Part shown: in pieces, positions 31,975 through 45,545 of the stretch
Layout of the letters: each line of letters starts with the position of its first letter
Numbering within the stretch: the first letter of the stretch is position 1
Source of the DNA: the human T2T-CHM13v2.0 reference genome, Homo sapiens
Assembly: GCF_009914755.1 (NCBI RefSeq)
Contig: NC_060931.1
Length of the DNA stretch: 64,000 bases
Direction: 5' to 3' (one strand)
The notes under the pieces: model-generated
Told to the model about the DNA's origin: nothing
Database searches by the model: none
The model's input: only the letters and a program-made list of their open reading frames with translations
Position numbers and translations under genes: made by a program

Positions 31975-33200
31975 AACAAAATCATTTCATTAGATGGTGC
32001 TGAACAACTAGCTATTCATATGAGAAAAAAATGAACCTCTGAAATTTACACCTCAAACATACACAAAAATTAATTTGAGATGGATTATAGGCCAAAACAT
32101 AAAACTGTAAAGCTTCTAGAATAAATCATAGACAAACATCTTTGCAACTTTGAGGTAGGCAAAGATTTCTTAAGGAAAATACAGCAAGCACTAACATTCC
32201 CCTCCCAGCCACACGCACACACATTGGTAAAATAGACTTCATCAAAATTTAAAACTTTCAAAAGACACAGCTAAAAGAATGAAGATGAGCCACAGGTTGC
32301 AAGAATATGTTTGCAAGACACATATATGACCAAATACTTGCACACAGAATATATAAATAATACCTACAACTTAATGATGTTTTAATAAACACAATTTTAA
32401 AAATAGGTGAAAGATTTGAAGACACCTCAAAAAAAGATGCATAAATGGCCAATAAGCACTTAAAAAATACTCAACATTAAATTCTCATAAAAACACAATT
32501 TTAAGCCACAATGAGATACCCACAAAACCCACTAGAATGGCTAAAACTAAGGAGAATAAAACTCCAAGTTTTTATAGGTTACTTCTCATATATTGAAGTA
32601 TAAAATAATTTAACCACCCTGGAAAATTATTTGGCAGTTTCTTGTAAAGTTAAACATTCACTTACCACCCAATTCAGAAATTCCACTCCTAAATATATAC
32701 CCAAGTAAAATGAAATGATGACCACACAAAGATCTACATGCAAATATTCACAGCAGCTATATTCCTAATAGCCGCCACTGGAACCAGCCCAGGTATCCAT
32801 CATCAGGAAAATGGATAAACAAACTGCAATATAGTCATACAATGGAATACAACCCAGCAATAAAAAGGAACTAACTACTGATATACACAACAAGGATAAA
32901 TCTCAGAAGCATTATGCTGTGTGAAAGAAGTTGGACTCAAAACACTACATGTGTGATTTTTACTGCATACATGAACTTCATGTAAGAAGTTCAAGAACAG
33001 GTAATCCAGGATTTAAAAAGGTACAACACACCCAAATACAGGAGGATAGTTGATATAACCAACAGAGATGTTAATTGTTACCTTGTTTATGCTGGTATAG
33101 AAGGGGATATGATAGTCTGCACAGCACATGCTCATAAACTCCCAAGGTATGGTGTGAATTTGCCCAAATTATACTGCAGCACAATGAAATGGCCCACTGA
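31975..33200 (+). mobile_element. L1ME/MD-type fragment (ORF2 end and 3'UTR)
   Basis: 'ggtaggcaaagatttctta', 'aaatggccaataagcac', 'ttggcagtttcttgtaaagttaaacat', 'aatggataaacaaactg'. Confidence 0.8.
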
Positions 33201-33552
33201 AAATGTCTTCAGCACTTTACACCTTGCCACCCAATTCTATGAATTCTCACCACCCAATTCAGATGTCATTTCCTCTATGAAGTTTTTATTCCCTCTTATA
33301 GCTAACACAGTTTTAAATTATTTTCTGAACTACTGAAGCACTTTTATTCTTCCAAGCTCTAGCTCTCATGATGCAATGGCTGAAAATATAACTGGAGCTT
33401 CTTTTCTGAAATGTCCTTTTTTATAGTGTGAGCCACACAGGGTTAGGCACACAGAAGGTATTTGAATGCCTAAATAAATATTTGAATTTCAAAAATGTTT
33501 AATCTCATATGATGTGGATCTCTTTCCCCTGAACTCAGAGCATACACATGAT

Positions 33553-33640
33553 AAGATAAATAATTTAAATTTTTCGAAATAAATCTTGCCTTGGCCAAGA
33601 TAAATAATTTAAAATTTTCCAAATAGATCTTGCCTTGGCC
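33553..33640. repeat. 44-bp tandem duplication (2 copies, 3 mismatches)
   Basis: aagataaataatttaaatttttcgaaataaatcttgccttggcc / aagataaataatttaaaattttccaaatagatcttgccttggcc. Confidence 0.95.
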
Positions 33641-33895
33641 AAAAAGAATAATTGGAAAAGTTGGATAATACTCTAACTTTTTTTAAAAAAAACTATACTT
33701 TAAGTTCTAGGGTACATGTGCACAACGTACAGGTTTGTTACATAGGTATACATGTGCCATGTTGGTTTGCTGCACCTATCAACTCATCATTTACATTAGG
33801 TATTTCTCCTAATGCTATCCTTCCCCCAGCACCCTGCCCCCCGACAGGCCCCGGCATGTGATGTTCCCCGCCTTGTGTCCATGTGTTCTCATTGT

Positions 33896-36800
33896 TCAAC
33901 TCCCACCTATGAGTAAGAACATGTGGTATTGGGTTTTCTGTCCTTGTGATAGTTTGCTGAGAAAGATGGTTTCCAGCTTCATCCATGTCCCTGCAAAGGA
34001 CATTAACTCATCCTTTTTATGGCTGCATAGTATTTCATGGTGTATATGTGCCACATTTTCTTAATCCAGTCTATCATTGATGGACATTTGGGTTGGTTCT
34101 AATTTTTTCTATTGTGAATAATGCTGCAATAAACATACGTGTGCATGTGTCTTTATAGTAGCATGATTTGTAGTCCTTTGAGTACATACCCAGTAATGGG
34201 ATCACTGGGTCAAATGGTATTTCTAATTCTAGATCCTTGAGGAATTGCCACACTGCCTTCCACAATAATTGAACTAATTTACACTCCCACCAACAGTGTA
34301 AAGGTGTTCCTATTTCTCCACATCCTCTTCAGCATCTGTTGTTTCCTGTCTTTTTAATGGTTGCCATTCTAACTGGTGTGAGATTGTATCTCATTGTGGT
34401 TTTAATTTGCATTTCTCTGATGACCAGTGATGATGAGCATTTTTTCATGTCTGTTGGCTGCATAAATGTTGTCTTTTGAGAAGTGTCTGTTCATATCCTT
34501 AGCCCACTTTTTGATAGGGTCTTTTGTTTTTTTCTTGTAAATTTGTTTAAGTTCTTTGTAGATTCTGGATATTAGCCCTTTGTCAGATAGGTAGATTGCA
34601 AGAATTTTCTCCCATTCTGGAGGTTGCCTGTTCACTCTGATGATAATTTCTTTTGCTGTGCAGAAGCTCTTTAGTTTAATTAGATCCCATTTGTCAATTT
34701 TGGCTTTTGTTGCCATTGCTTTTGGTGTTTTAGTCATGAAGTCTTTGCCCATGCCTATGTCCTGAGTGGTATTGCCTAGGTTTTCTTCTAGAGTTTTTAT
34801 GGTGTTAGGTCTTACATTTAAGTATTTAATCCATCTTGAGTTAATTTTTGTGTATGGTGTAAGGAAGGGATCCAGTTTCAGCTTTCTACATATGGCTGGC
34901 CAGTTTTCCCAGCACCATTTATTAAGTAGGGAATCCTTTCCCCATTGCTTGTTTTTGTCAGGTTTGTCAAAGATCAAATGGTTGTAGATGTGTGGTGGTA
35001 TTTCTGAGGGCTCTGTTCTGTTCCATTGATCTATATGTCTGTTTTGGTACCACTACCATGCTATTTTGGTTACTGTAGCCTTGTAGCATAGTTTGAAGTC
35101 AGGTAGTGTTATGCCTCCAGCTTTTTTCTTTGGCTTAGGATTGTCTTGGCTATGTAGGCTCTTTTTTAGTTCCATATGAAGTTTAAAGTAGTTTTTTCCA
35201 ATTCTGTGAAGAAAGTCAGTAGTAGCATGATGGGGATAGCAATGAATCTATAAATTACCTTGAGCAGTATGGCCACTTTCACGATATTGATTCTTCCTAT
35301 CCATGAGCACAGACTGTTCTTCCATTTGTTTGTGTCTTCTTTTAATTCGTTGAGCAATGGTTTGTAGTTCTCCTTGAAGAGGTCCTTCACATCCCTTGTA
35401 AGTTGGATTCCTAGGTATTTTATTCTCTTTGTAGTAATTGTGAATAGGAGTTCACTCATGATTTGGCTCTCTGTTTGTCTATTATTGGTGTATAAGAATG
35501 CTTGTGATTTTTCCACATTGATTTTGTATCCTGAGACTTTGCTGAAGTTGCTCATCAGCTTAAGGAGATTTTGGGCTGAGATTTTGGGTTTTCTAAATAT
35601 ACAATCATGTCATCTGCAAAAGAGACAATTTGACTTCCTCTTTTCCTAATTGAATACACTTTATTTCTTTGTCTTGCCTGATTGCCCTAGCCAGAACTTC
35701 CAACACTATGTTGAATAGGAGTGGTGAGAGAGGGCGTACTTGTCTTGTGCTGGTTTTCAAAGGGAACGCTTCCAGTTTTTGCCCATTCAGTATGATATTG
35801 GCTGTGGCTTTTTCATCAATAGCTCTTATTATTTTGAAATACATTCCATCAATACCTAGTTTATTGAGAGTTTTTAGTATGAAGTGCTGTTGACTTTGTC
35901 AAAGGCCTTTTCTGCATCTATTGAGATAATCATGTGGTTTTTGTCATTGGTTCTGTTTATGTGATTGATTGTGTTTATTGATTTGCTCATGTTGAACCAG
36001 CCCTGCATCCCAGGATGAAGCCCACTTGATCATGGTGGAGAAGCTTTTTGATGTGCTGCTGGATTCGGTTTGCCAGTATTGTATTGAAGATTTTCACATC
36101 GATTTCATCAGGGATATTGGCCTAAAATTCTCTTTTTTTGTTGTGTCTGTGCCAGGCTTTGGTATCAGGATGATGCTGGTCTCATAAAATGAGTTAGGGA
36201 GGATAATCTCTTTTTCTATTGATTGGAATAGTTTCAGAAGGAATGGTACCAGCTCCCCTTTGTACCTCTGGTAGAATTTGGCTGTGAATCCATCTGGTTC
36301 TGGATTTTTTTTGGTTGGTAGGCTATTAATTATTGCCTCAATTTCATAACCTGTTATTGGTCTATTCAGAGATTCAAATTCTTCCTGGTTTAGTCTTGGG
36401 AGGGTGTATGGGTCCAGGAATTTATCCATTTCTTCTAGATTTTCTAGTTGATTTGCATAGAGGTGTTTATAGTATTCTTTGATGGTAGTTTGTATTTCTG
36501 TGGGATTGGTGGTGATATCCCCTTTATCATTTTTTATTGTGTCTGTTTGATTCTTCTCTCTTTTCTTCTTTATTGGTCTTGCTAGCAGTCTATCTATTTT
36601 GTGGATCTTTTCAAAAAACCAGGTCCTGTATTCATTGATGTTTTGAAGGGTTTTTCCTGTCTCTATCTCCTTCAGTTCTGCTCTGATCTTAGTTATTTCT
36701 TGCCTTCTGCTAGCTTTAGAATGTGTTTGCTCTTGCTTTTCTAGTTCTTTTAATTGTGATGTTATGGTGTCGGTTTTAGATCTTTCCTACTTTCTCTTGT

Positions 36801-37707
36801 GGGCATTTAGTGCTATAAATTTCCCTCTACACACTACTTTAAATGTGTCCCAGACATTCTGGTACGTTGTGTCTTTGTTCTCATTGGTCTCAAAGAACAT
36901 CTTTATTTCTGCCTTTATTTCATTATTTACCCAGTAGTCACTCAGGAGAAAGTTGTTCAGTTTCCATGTAGTTGTGCGGTTTTGAGTGAGTTTATGAATC
37001 CCGAGTTCTAATTTGATTGCACTGTTGTCTGAGAAACAGTTTGTTGTAATTTCCGTTCTTTTACATTTGCTGAGGAGTATTTTACTCCCAATTATGTGGT
37101 CAATTTTACAATAAGTGTGATGTGGTGCTGAGAATGTATATTCTGTTGATTTGGGGTGTAGAGTTCTGTAGATGTCTATTAGGTCTGCTTGGTCCAGAGC
37201 TGAGCTCAAGTCCTGGATATCCTTGTTAACCTTCTGTCTCATTGATCTGTCTAATATTGACAGTGCGGTGTTAAGTCTCCCATTATTATTGCGTGGGATT
37301 CTAAGTCTCATTGTCAGTCTCTAAGGACTTGCTTTATGAACCTGGGTGATCCTGTATTGGGTGCATATATATTTAGGATAGTTAGCTCTTCTTGTTGAAT
37401 AGACCCTTTTACCATTATAGTGGCCTTCTTTGTCTCTTTTGATCTTTGCTGGTTTAAAGTCTATTTCATCAGAGACTAGGATTGGAACCCCTGCCTTTTT
37501 TTGTTTTCCATTTGCTTTGTAGATCTTCCTTCATCCCTTTATTTTGAGCCTATGTGCATCTTTGCACGTGAGATGGGTCTCCTGAATACAGTACACCGAT
37601 GGGTCTCGATTCTTTATCCAATTTGCTAGTCTGTGTCTTTTAATTGGAGCATTTAGCCCATTTACATTAAAGGTTAATATTGTTATGTTTGAATTTGATC
37701 CTGTCAT
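33896..37707 (-). pseudogene. L1 ORF2 (endonuclease/RT), disrupted by multiple frameshifts and stops
   Basis: Start ATGACAGGATCAAAT at 37707; fragmented ORF2 peptides in the track (EN, Z, RT and C-terminal pieces). Confidence 0.92.
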
Positions 37708-37770
37708 TATGATATTAGCTGGTTATTTTGCCCATTAATTGATGTAGTTCCTTCATAGCATCAGTGGTCT

Positions 37771-38923
37771 TTACAATGGGTATGTTTTTGCAGTAGCTGG
37801 TACCAGTGGTTCCTTTCCATGTTTAGTTCTTCCTTCAGGAGCTCTTGTAATGCAGGCCTGGTGGTGATAAAATCTCTCAGCATTTGCTTGTCTGTAAAGG
37901 ATTTTATTTCTCCTTCACTTATGAAGCTTAGTTTGGCTGGATATGAGATTCTGGGTTGAAAATTCTTTTCTTTTAGAATGTTGAATATTGACCCCCACTC
38001 TCTCCTGGATTGTAGCATTTCTGCCGAGAGATCTGCTGTTAGTCTGATGGGCTTCCCTTTGTGGGTGACCCGACCTTTCTCTCTGGCTGCCCTTAACATT
38101 TTTTCCTTCATTTCAACCTTGGTGAATCTGACAATTATGTGTCTTGGGGTTGCTCTTCTTGAAGAGTATCTTTGTGGTATTGTCTGTATTTCCTGAATTT
38201 TTTTTTTATCATACTTTAAGTTTTAGGGTACATGTGCACAACGTGCAGGTTTGTTACATATGTATACATGTGCCATGTTGGTGTGCTGCACCCATTAACT
38301 CGTCATTTACATTAGGTATATCTCCTAATGCTATTCCTCCCCCCTTGTATTTCCTGAATTTGAATGTTGGCCTACCTTGCTAGGTTAGGGAAGTTCTCCT
38401 GGATAATATCCTGAAGCATGTTTTCTAACTTGGTTCCATTCTCCCCATCACTTCCCAGAACACCAATCAAACCTATATTTGGTCTTTTCACATAGTCCCA
38501 CATTTCTTGGAGACTTTGTTCATTTCTTCTCACTCTTTATTCTCTATTCTTGTCTTCTCCCTTTATTTCATTAATTTGATCTTCAATCACTGATATCCTT
38601 TCTTCCATTTGATCGAATTGGCTATTGAAACTTGTGTATGCATCACGAAGTTCTTGGTTTTCAGCTCTACTGTTTATTCTAGTTAGCCATTTGTCTAACC
38701 TTTTTTCAAGGTTTTTAGCTTCCTTGTAATGGGTTAGAACGTGCTTCTTTAGCTCGGAGAGGTTTGTTATTACCAACCTTTTGAAGCCTACTTCTGTCAA
38801 CTCATCAAACTCATTCTCCATCCAGTTTTGTTCCCTTGCTGGCGAGGAGCTGTGATCCTTTGGAGGAGAAGAGGAGCTCTGGTTTTTGGAATTTTCTGCT
38901 TTTCTGCTCTGGTTTCTCCCCAT
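37771..38923 (-). pseudogene. L1 ORF1, disrupted (stop, coiled-coil deletion, nested L1)
   Basis: MGRNQSRKAENSKNQ... (38537-38923) and ...MLRAAREKGRVTHKGKPIRLTADLS... (37761-38111). Confidence 0.92.
38201..38345 (-). mobile_element. Short 5'-truncated L1PA4/5-like 3' end nested in ORF1
   Basis: Poly(T) plus L1 3'UTR; perfect 16-bp TSD tgtatttcctgaattt at 38185-38200 and 38346-38361. Confidence 0.95.
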
Positions 38924-39441
38924 CTTTGTGTTTTTATCTACCTTTGGTCTTTGATGTTGGTGACCTACAGATGGGGTTTTGGTGTGGATGTCCTTTTTGT
39001 TGATGCTGATGCAATTCCTTTCTGTTTGTTAGTTTTCCTTCTAACAGGCCCCTCGGCTGTAGGTCTGTTGGAGTTTGCTGGAGGTCTGCTCCAGACCCTG
39101 TTTGCCTGGGTATCACAAGTGGAGGCTGCAGAACAGCAAATATTGTTGCCTGATCCTTCCTCTGGAAGCTTCATCCCAGAGGGGCACCTGCCTGTTTGAG
39201 GTGTCTGTCGGCCCTTACTGGGAGGTGTCTCCCTGTCAGGCTACATGGGGGTCAGGGACCTGCTTGAGGTGGCAGTCTGTCCATTCTCAGAGCTTGAAAA
39301 CCATGCTGAGAGAACCACTGCTCTCTTCAGATCTATCAGACATGGAAGTTTAATTCTGCAGAAGCTGTCTGCTGCCTTTTGTTCTGCTATGCCCTACCCC
39401 CAGAGGTGGAATCTAGAGAGGCAGTAGGCCTTGCTTAAGCT

Positions 39442-39843
39442 GTGGTGGGCTCTGCCCATTTTGAGCTTCCTGGCGACTTTGTTTACACTGTGAGCTATTC
39501 AGGCCTCAGCAATGGTGGATGCTCCTCCCCCGTCAAGCTGCAGTATCACAGGTTGATCTCAGACTGCTGTGCTAGCAGTGAGCAAGGCTCCATGGGCGTG
39601 GGACCTGCTGTGCCAGGCAAGGGAGGGTATTTTCTGGTCTGCTGGTTGCTAAGACCATGTGAAAAGTGCAGTATTTGGTCAGGAGTGTACCGTTTCTCCA
39701 GGTACAGTCTGTCATGGATTCTCTTGGCTGGGAAAGGGAAATCCCCCAACCCCTCATGCTTCCTGGGTGAGGTGACACCCTGCCCTGCTTCAGCTCACCC
39801 ACCATGGGCTGCACCCACTATCCAACCAGTCCCAGTGAGATGA
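39442..39843 (+). pseudogene. L1 ORF0-homologous antisense frame
   Basis: Peptide LISDCCASSEQGSMGVGP...RFSR resembles recalled L1HS ORF0 (LISDCCASNQRDSVGVGP...TRFSR); the canonical ATG at 39512 is out of frame. Confidence 0.7.
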
Positions 39844-39929
39844 ACCAGGTACCTCAGTTGGAAATGCAGAAATCACCCGTCTTCTGTGTCAATCTTGCTG
39901 GGAGCTGCAGACTGGAGCTGTTCCTATTT

Positions 39930-39939
39930 GGCCATCTTG
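39930..39939 (-). promoter_or_regulatory. YY1 site of the L1 internal promoter
   Basis: CAAGATGGCC near the L1 5' end (ggccatcttg on +). Confidence 0.75.
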
Positions 39940-40342
39940 GAAGTGGCCGATAATACCCTAACTTTTAAACTCTTATGGTTAAAATATATTGTTCTCATAA
40001 CCAAGGTCATTTTATACATGACAACCAATATACCAGAGAAAGTTCAACAAAATAAAACAAAAGATTTTACTATCAAATCTTTACCATTTTACTGTCAGAA
40101 GATCAAGAGACTGGTTTGATGAAAAGTATCTATTTTCAACAGGTATTTTCTGTCTATCTTTGACGGAAAGTTAAAAAGGACAGTTCTATATTTCAAATTA
40201 TTTGGAGCAGTGACAAACATATAGCCAATTCATTAAGGAGTACATTTTATACTTTTATTGAAAAGGTTAATTATATGGTTTTGTGTGATGTGAGAGCTTT
40301 TAACACATACTAAGGACAATCATTTAAAACGTATATTTTAGG

Positions 40343-40698
<356 letters not shown>

Positions 40699-41282
40699 TT
40701 ATTACTGAGGCTCTCATTAATTAGTTCTGTACTATAATGACATTAACAGAAATAATGTTCATAACTGGTGATTCATTACACTGGATGTACAAACCCTCTT
40801 GCATGAATTAATGTTTTTCCCTGTTTTGAATATTAGCCAATGTCCATTCTTATTAAATGAATGTATCTCAAGGCCCTACCAAATAAGTACATGTAAAAAG
40901 TAGGAAGAAATGTGATATTAAACAATATACAATACCTTAAACATAATACACATCAGATATAAGGTAGGTAGTTGCAAATTTTAAGAAATTAAAAACCACC
41001 AGAGGGCAGCTCAATACAATAGTGATGAAATACTTAAAACAGTATGGTAGGTATAGTATTTTGAAGTAATTATAAGTCAGGTATTATAGATATAGAGGAT
41101 AGAGAGTGAAAAGCGACACATTTAATAAAATACTTAAAATTTTTATATTTATATTAATACATGTTTTTTAGTTGACCTTCAAATGTAAATACATATTTCA
41201 ATTATGCTTCTCTCTTTTTTTTTTTTTGTTGGCAGCAGCAAAATTGGCCAGGAGGCAAGCAACCTGGCTAATATTAAATTTT

Positions 41283-41430
41283 ATTTTATTTTATTTTACT
41301 TTAAGTTATTGTAGAAAGAGGGTCTTACTGTGTTGACCAGGCTGGCCTTGAACTCCTGGCCTCAAGCGATCCTCCTGCCTCTGCCTCCCGAAGTGCTAGG
41401 ATTACAGGCACAAGCCACCATGCTCAGCCA
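41283..41430 (-). mobile_element. Alu left monomer (FLAM_C-like)
   Basis: Monomer with (ATTTT)n tail; TSD aatattaaatttt at 41270-41282 and 41432-41444. Confidence 0.9.
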
Positions 41431-41459
41431 CAATATTAAATTTTTAAAAATGTGATCTT

Positions 41460-42285
41460 TTATGCTCAGGGACTATTACGAATACCTCTATACACACAAA
41501 CTAGAAAATCTAGAGGAAATGGACACATTCCTGGAGACACATAACCTCCTCAGATTGAATTAGGGAGAAACTGAAACCCTGACCAGACCAATATCAAGTT
41601 CCAATACTGAATCAGCAATAAAAACCTATGAACCAAAAAAGCCGCACACCAGATGGATTCACAGCTAAATTTGACTGGTCATATGAAGAAGAGCTGGTAC
41701 CAATTCTACTGAAACTATTCCCAAAAATTGAGGAGAAGGGACTCCTCCCTGACTCATTCTATGAAGGCACCATCACCCTGAAACCAAAACTTGGAAAAGA
41801 CATAATAAAGAAAGAAAACTATAGGCCCATATCCCTGATGAACATAGACACAAAATCTTCAACAAAATACTAGCAAACTGAATCCAGTAGCACATCAAAA
41901 GTTAATTAATTCACTATGATCAAGTAGGCATACCTGGTATTCAAGGTTGGTTCAACATTCACAAATCAATAAATGTGATTCACCACATAAACAGAACTAA
42001 AGACAAAAACCAGGCTGGGCACAGTGGTTCACGCCTGTAATCCCAGCCTTTGGGAGGCAGAGGTGGGCAGATCGCCTGAGCTCAGGAGTTTGAGGCCAGC
42101 CTGGGCAATATGGCAAAACTCTATCTGTACCAAAAATTTTTAAAAAGCCAGGCATGATGGTGCATGCCTGTGGTCTCAGCTACTTGGGAGGCTGAGGTGG
42201 GAGGATCATTTGAACCTGGAAGGGAGAGGTTGTGGTGAGCCAAGATCATACCATTGCACTTCAGTCTGAGTGCGAGACCCTCTCT

Positions 42286-42318
<33 letters not shown>

Positions 42319-44570
42319 AAACCATATGATCATCTCAATAGACATGGAAAAAGCTTTTGATAAATCCAATATCCCCTCACGATAAAAAAAAAAAAAAACC
42401 AACAAACTAGGCATCAAAGGAACATACCATCTATGACAAACTCACAGCCAACATTGTATTGAATGGGCAAAAGGTGGAAGCGTTCCCCTCGTGGACTGGA
42501 ACAAGACAAGGCTGCCCTCTCACCACTCCTATTCAACATAGTGCTGGAAGTCCTAGACAGAGCAATCAGGCAAGAGAAGTAAAAGGCATCCAAATAGGAA
42601 AAGAAGAATTCATATTAACTCTCTTCATTGACAATATAATTCTGTACCTAGAAAATCCTAAAGATTCCACCAAAATGCTCCTAGAACTGATAAATGACTT
42701 CAGTAAAGTTCCGGGATACAAAATCAACATACAAAAATCAGTAGAATTTCTATACATCAATAATGTTCAAGCTAAGATCCAAATCAAGAATGCAATCCCA
42801 TTTACAAGAGCCACACACACAAAATAAAATACCTAGGAATACATCTAACTAAGGAGGTGAAAGACTTCTTCAAAGAGAACTACAAAACATTGTTGAAGGA
42901 AATCATAGATGATCAAACTAATGGAAAAATATTCCATGCTCATGGATTGGAAGAATCAATATCATGAAAATGGCCATACTGCCCAAAGCAATCTATAGGT
43001 TCAATGCTATTCCTATCAAACTACAAATGTCATTTTTCATAGAATTAGAAAAAACTACTCTTAAATTCATGTTAACCAAAAAAGAGCTTGAATATCTAAA
43101 GCAATCCTAAGGGAAAGAAGGCCAGAGACATCACACTACCCAACTTCAAATTATGCTATAAAGCTACAATAACCAAAACGTAACGGCACTGGTATAAAAA
43201 CAAACACACAGACCAGTGGAACAAAATAGAAAATCCAGAGATAAAGCCACACACCTACAGCCACCTGATCTTTGACAAAGCCAACAAAAATAAATAATGG
43301 GGAAGAAACCCCTCTGTTCAATATATGGTGCTGGGATAGCTGGCTAGCCATATGCCAAAGAATGAAACTGGACCCCTACCTTTCACCATATTATAAAAAA
43401 TAACTCAAGATGGATTAAAGATTTAATTGTAAGACCTCAAACTATAGGAATCCTAGGATAAAACCTAGGAAATACCATCCTGGACATTGACCTTGGGAAA
43501 TGATTTGTGACCAAGTCCTTAAAAGCAATTGCAACAAAAATTGATAAGTAGGACCTAATTAAACTAAAGAGCTTCTGTGTAGAAAAATAGAAAAACAAAC
43601 CAACTATCATCAGCGTAGAAAGACAACCTACAGAGTGGGAGAAAATATTTGCAAACCATGCATTTGACAAAAGCCTAATATCCAGAATCTATAAGGAATT
43701 TACACAATTCAACAAGCAAAAAACAAATAACCCCATTAAAAAGTGGGCAAAAGATATGAATAGACATTTCTCAAAAGAAGATATACAAGCGGCCGACAAA
43801 CATATGAAAAAATGCTCAGCATTTTTCATCAGCATTAATCAGCAAAACACAAATCAAAATGCAAATCAAAACCACAACAATCAGAATGGCTGTTTTTAAA
43901 AAGTCAAAAAACAACAAATGCTTGCAAGGCTGTGGAAAAAGGGGAATGCTTATACACTGTTGGTGGGAATGTAAATTAGTTCAGCCACTGTGGAAAGCAG
44001 TTTGGAGATTTCTCAAAGAACTCAAAACAGAGCTTCCATTCAACCCATTACTGGGTCTATATCCAAAGGAAAATAAATCATTCTACCAGATAGACACATG
44101 CATTTTTATGTTCATTGCGGCATTTTTCACAGTAGCAAGACAAGAAATCAATCTAGATGCCCATCAATGATGGATTGTATAAAGAATATGTGTTGCATAT
44201 ACACAAGGAATATTACACAGCCATAAAAAGAATGAAATCAAGTCCTCTGCAGCAACATGGATGCAGCTGGAAGCTATTATCCTAAGCAAATTAATTCCGG
44301 AACAGAAAACCAAATATTGCATGTTCTCACTTATAAGTTGGAGCTAAACACTGGGTACACATGGATGTAAAGACGGCAGCAATAGACACTGGGGACTACT
44401 AGAGGTGGGAAGGAAGGGGACAAGGGTTCAAAGACTATTGGCTACTAAGCTTACTATCTGGGTGATGGGATCAATCATGCCACAAACCTCAGCATCACAC
44501 GATACAGCCATGTAACAAACCTGCACATGTGTCACCTGAATCTAAAATAAAATTTGGTATTATTAAAAAG
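41460..44570 (+). mobile_element. L1PA15/16-like LINE-1, 5'-truncated (~2.8 kb of L1)
   Basis: ORF2 fragments (41628, 42459, 43859); 3' end 'aaacctcagcatcac...ctgaatctaaaataaaa'; perfect 15-bp TSD taaaaatgtgatctt at 41445-41459 and 44571-44585. Confidence 0.92.
42013..42316 (+). mobile_element. AluJb-like, inserted in L1 ORF2
   Basis: TSD aaaaacca at 42005-42012 and 42317-42324. Confidence 0.93.
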
Positions 44571-44957
44571 TAAAAATGTGATCTTGGATTTTCCCTAATT
44601 TGTGGTGGTCAGTGCTCCTCTTGTGAGAAGGAATTAGCAGCACTAACTTGTTTCTAATTTAATGAAATATAAATAAAAATTAGAATAATAATGATAATCC
44701 TTTTTAAGGTACTTTTCAAAATGTGCAATAACTTGATTTATTTGTTCATTTGTTCTTTGTCCCTCTTTCTAGTTTGAAAGCTCCATGAGGTCAAGAGCAT
44801 TTACTTCAGGGACCTTGCCAAACACCATAACTAGAGTTGACTTTCAATAAGTATTTGTTAACTCCATTAAGTAATTAACTGTAAATTCTTAAGGGAGTAA
44901 CCCTTCTAGAGATTATTCTGTGTTTTCATGTAGTCAGCAGTAATACCTTCCATGGAC

Positions 44958-45060
44958 CCATCCATCTATCCACTCACCCACCCATCCATCTACCCATCCA
45001 TCTTTTCAGCCAGCCATCAACCCGTTCGTTCATCCTTTAGACCACCCCTCCTTCCATCCC
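44958..45060. repeat. Degenerate (TCCA)n
   Basis: Seen directly. Confidence 0.75.
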
Positions 45061-45545
45061 TAAAGATATCTAACGTTTAAGGACAGTCTTTACAAACGGA
45101 TCCTTTCTTCTTGGTAATTAAAAAGAATGTTCTTCAGGAAGGAATTCCCTGTTCAAAGACTTTCCTTCCAGATCTTATAAAGTTGCTTGAGTAGGTTTTA
45201 CAACAATAATGGCCCAATTTTCAAAATATGCAGTCTTCCTCAACTCCTCTCCTTGGCCTCTTCAATGGTGAAAGAATACATTAGGGTTCATTATGCTCCA
45301 TTTCCCTCCCTAAAGCCCTGCTTTTTGGTTAGGAACTACTTTTTGACAAAGTAAAAGACTAAGTCCTTCCTCTTCCACAAAATTTACATTATTTATTTTG
45401 TAATATGACCAGAGGTTTTGAAGAAAATTCATTGCCATTCCTGTAGCTTCTTAATAATAAAGTATGACCCCTAAGACTTTCTATCTATCATGATCTCATT
45501 CATAAGCCCCACGGCTTCAACCATCACTTTTATATTGAAGCCTTC

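Larger units (their letters stand above)
33682..39948 (-). mobile_element. Full-length L1PA6/7-like LINE-1 (inactive)
   Basis: 5' end 'ttccaagatggccaaataggaacagctcc', 5'UTR, ORF1, ORF2, 3'UTR; 18-bp TSD gataata(ct/cc)ctaactttt at 33664-33681 and 39949-39966. Confidence 0.97.

Noticed and set aside
33682-39948. Retrotransposition-competent L1
   Set aside because: ORF1 is broken by a stop, a deletion and a nested insertion; ORF2 is fragmented into many short frames
39000-39948. CpG island promoter
   Set aside because: The L1 5'UTR CpGs have largely decayed to TG/CA; there is no CpG island anywhere in the window
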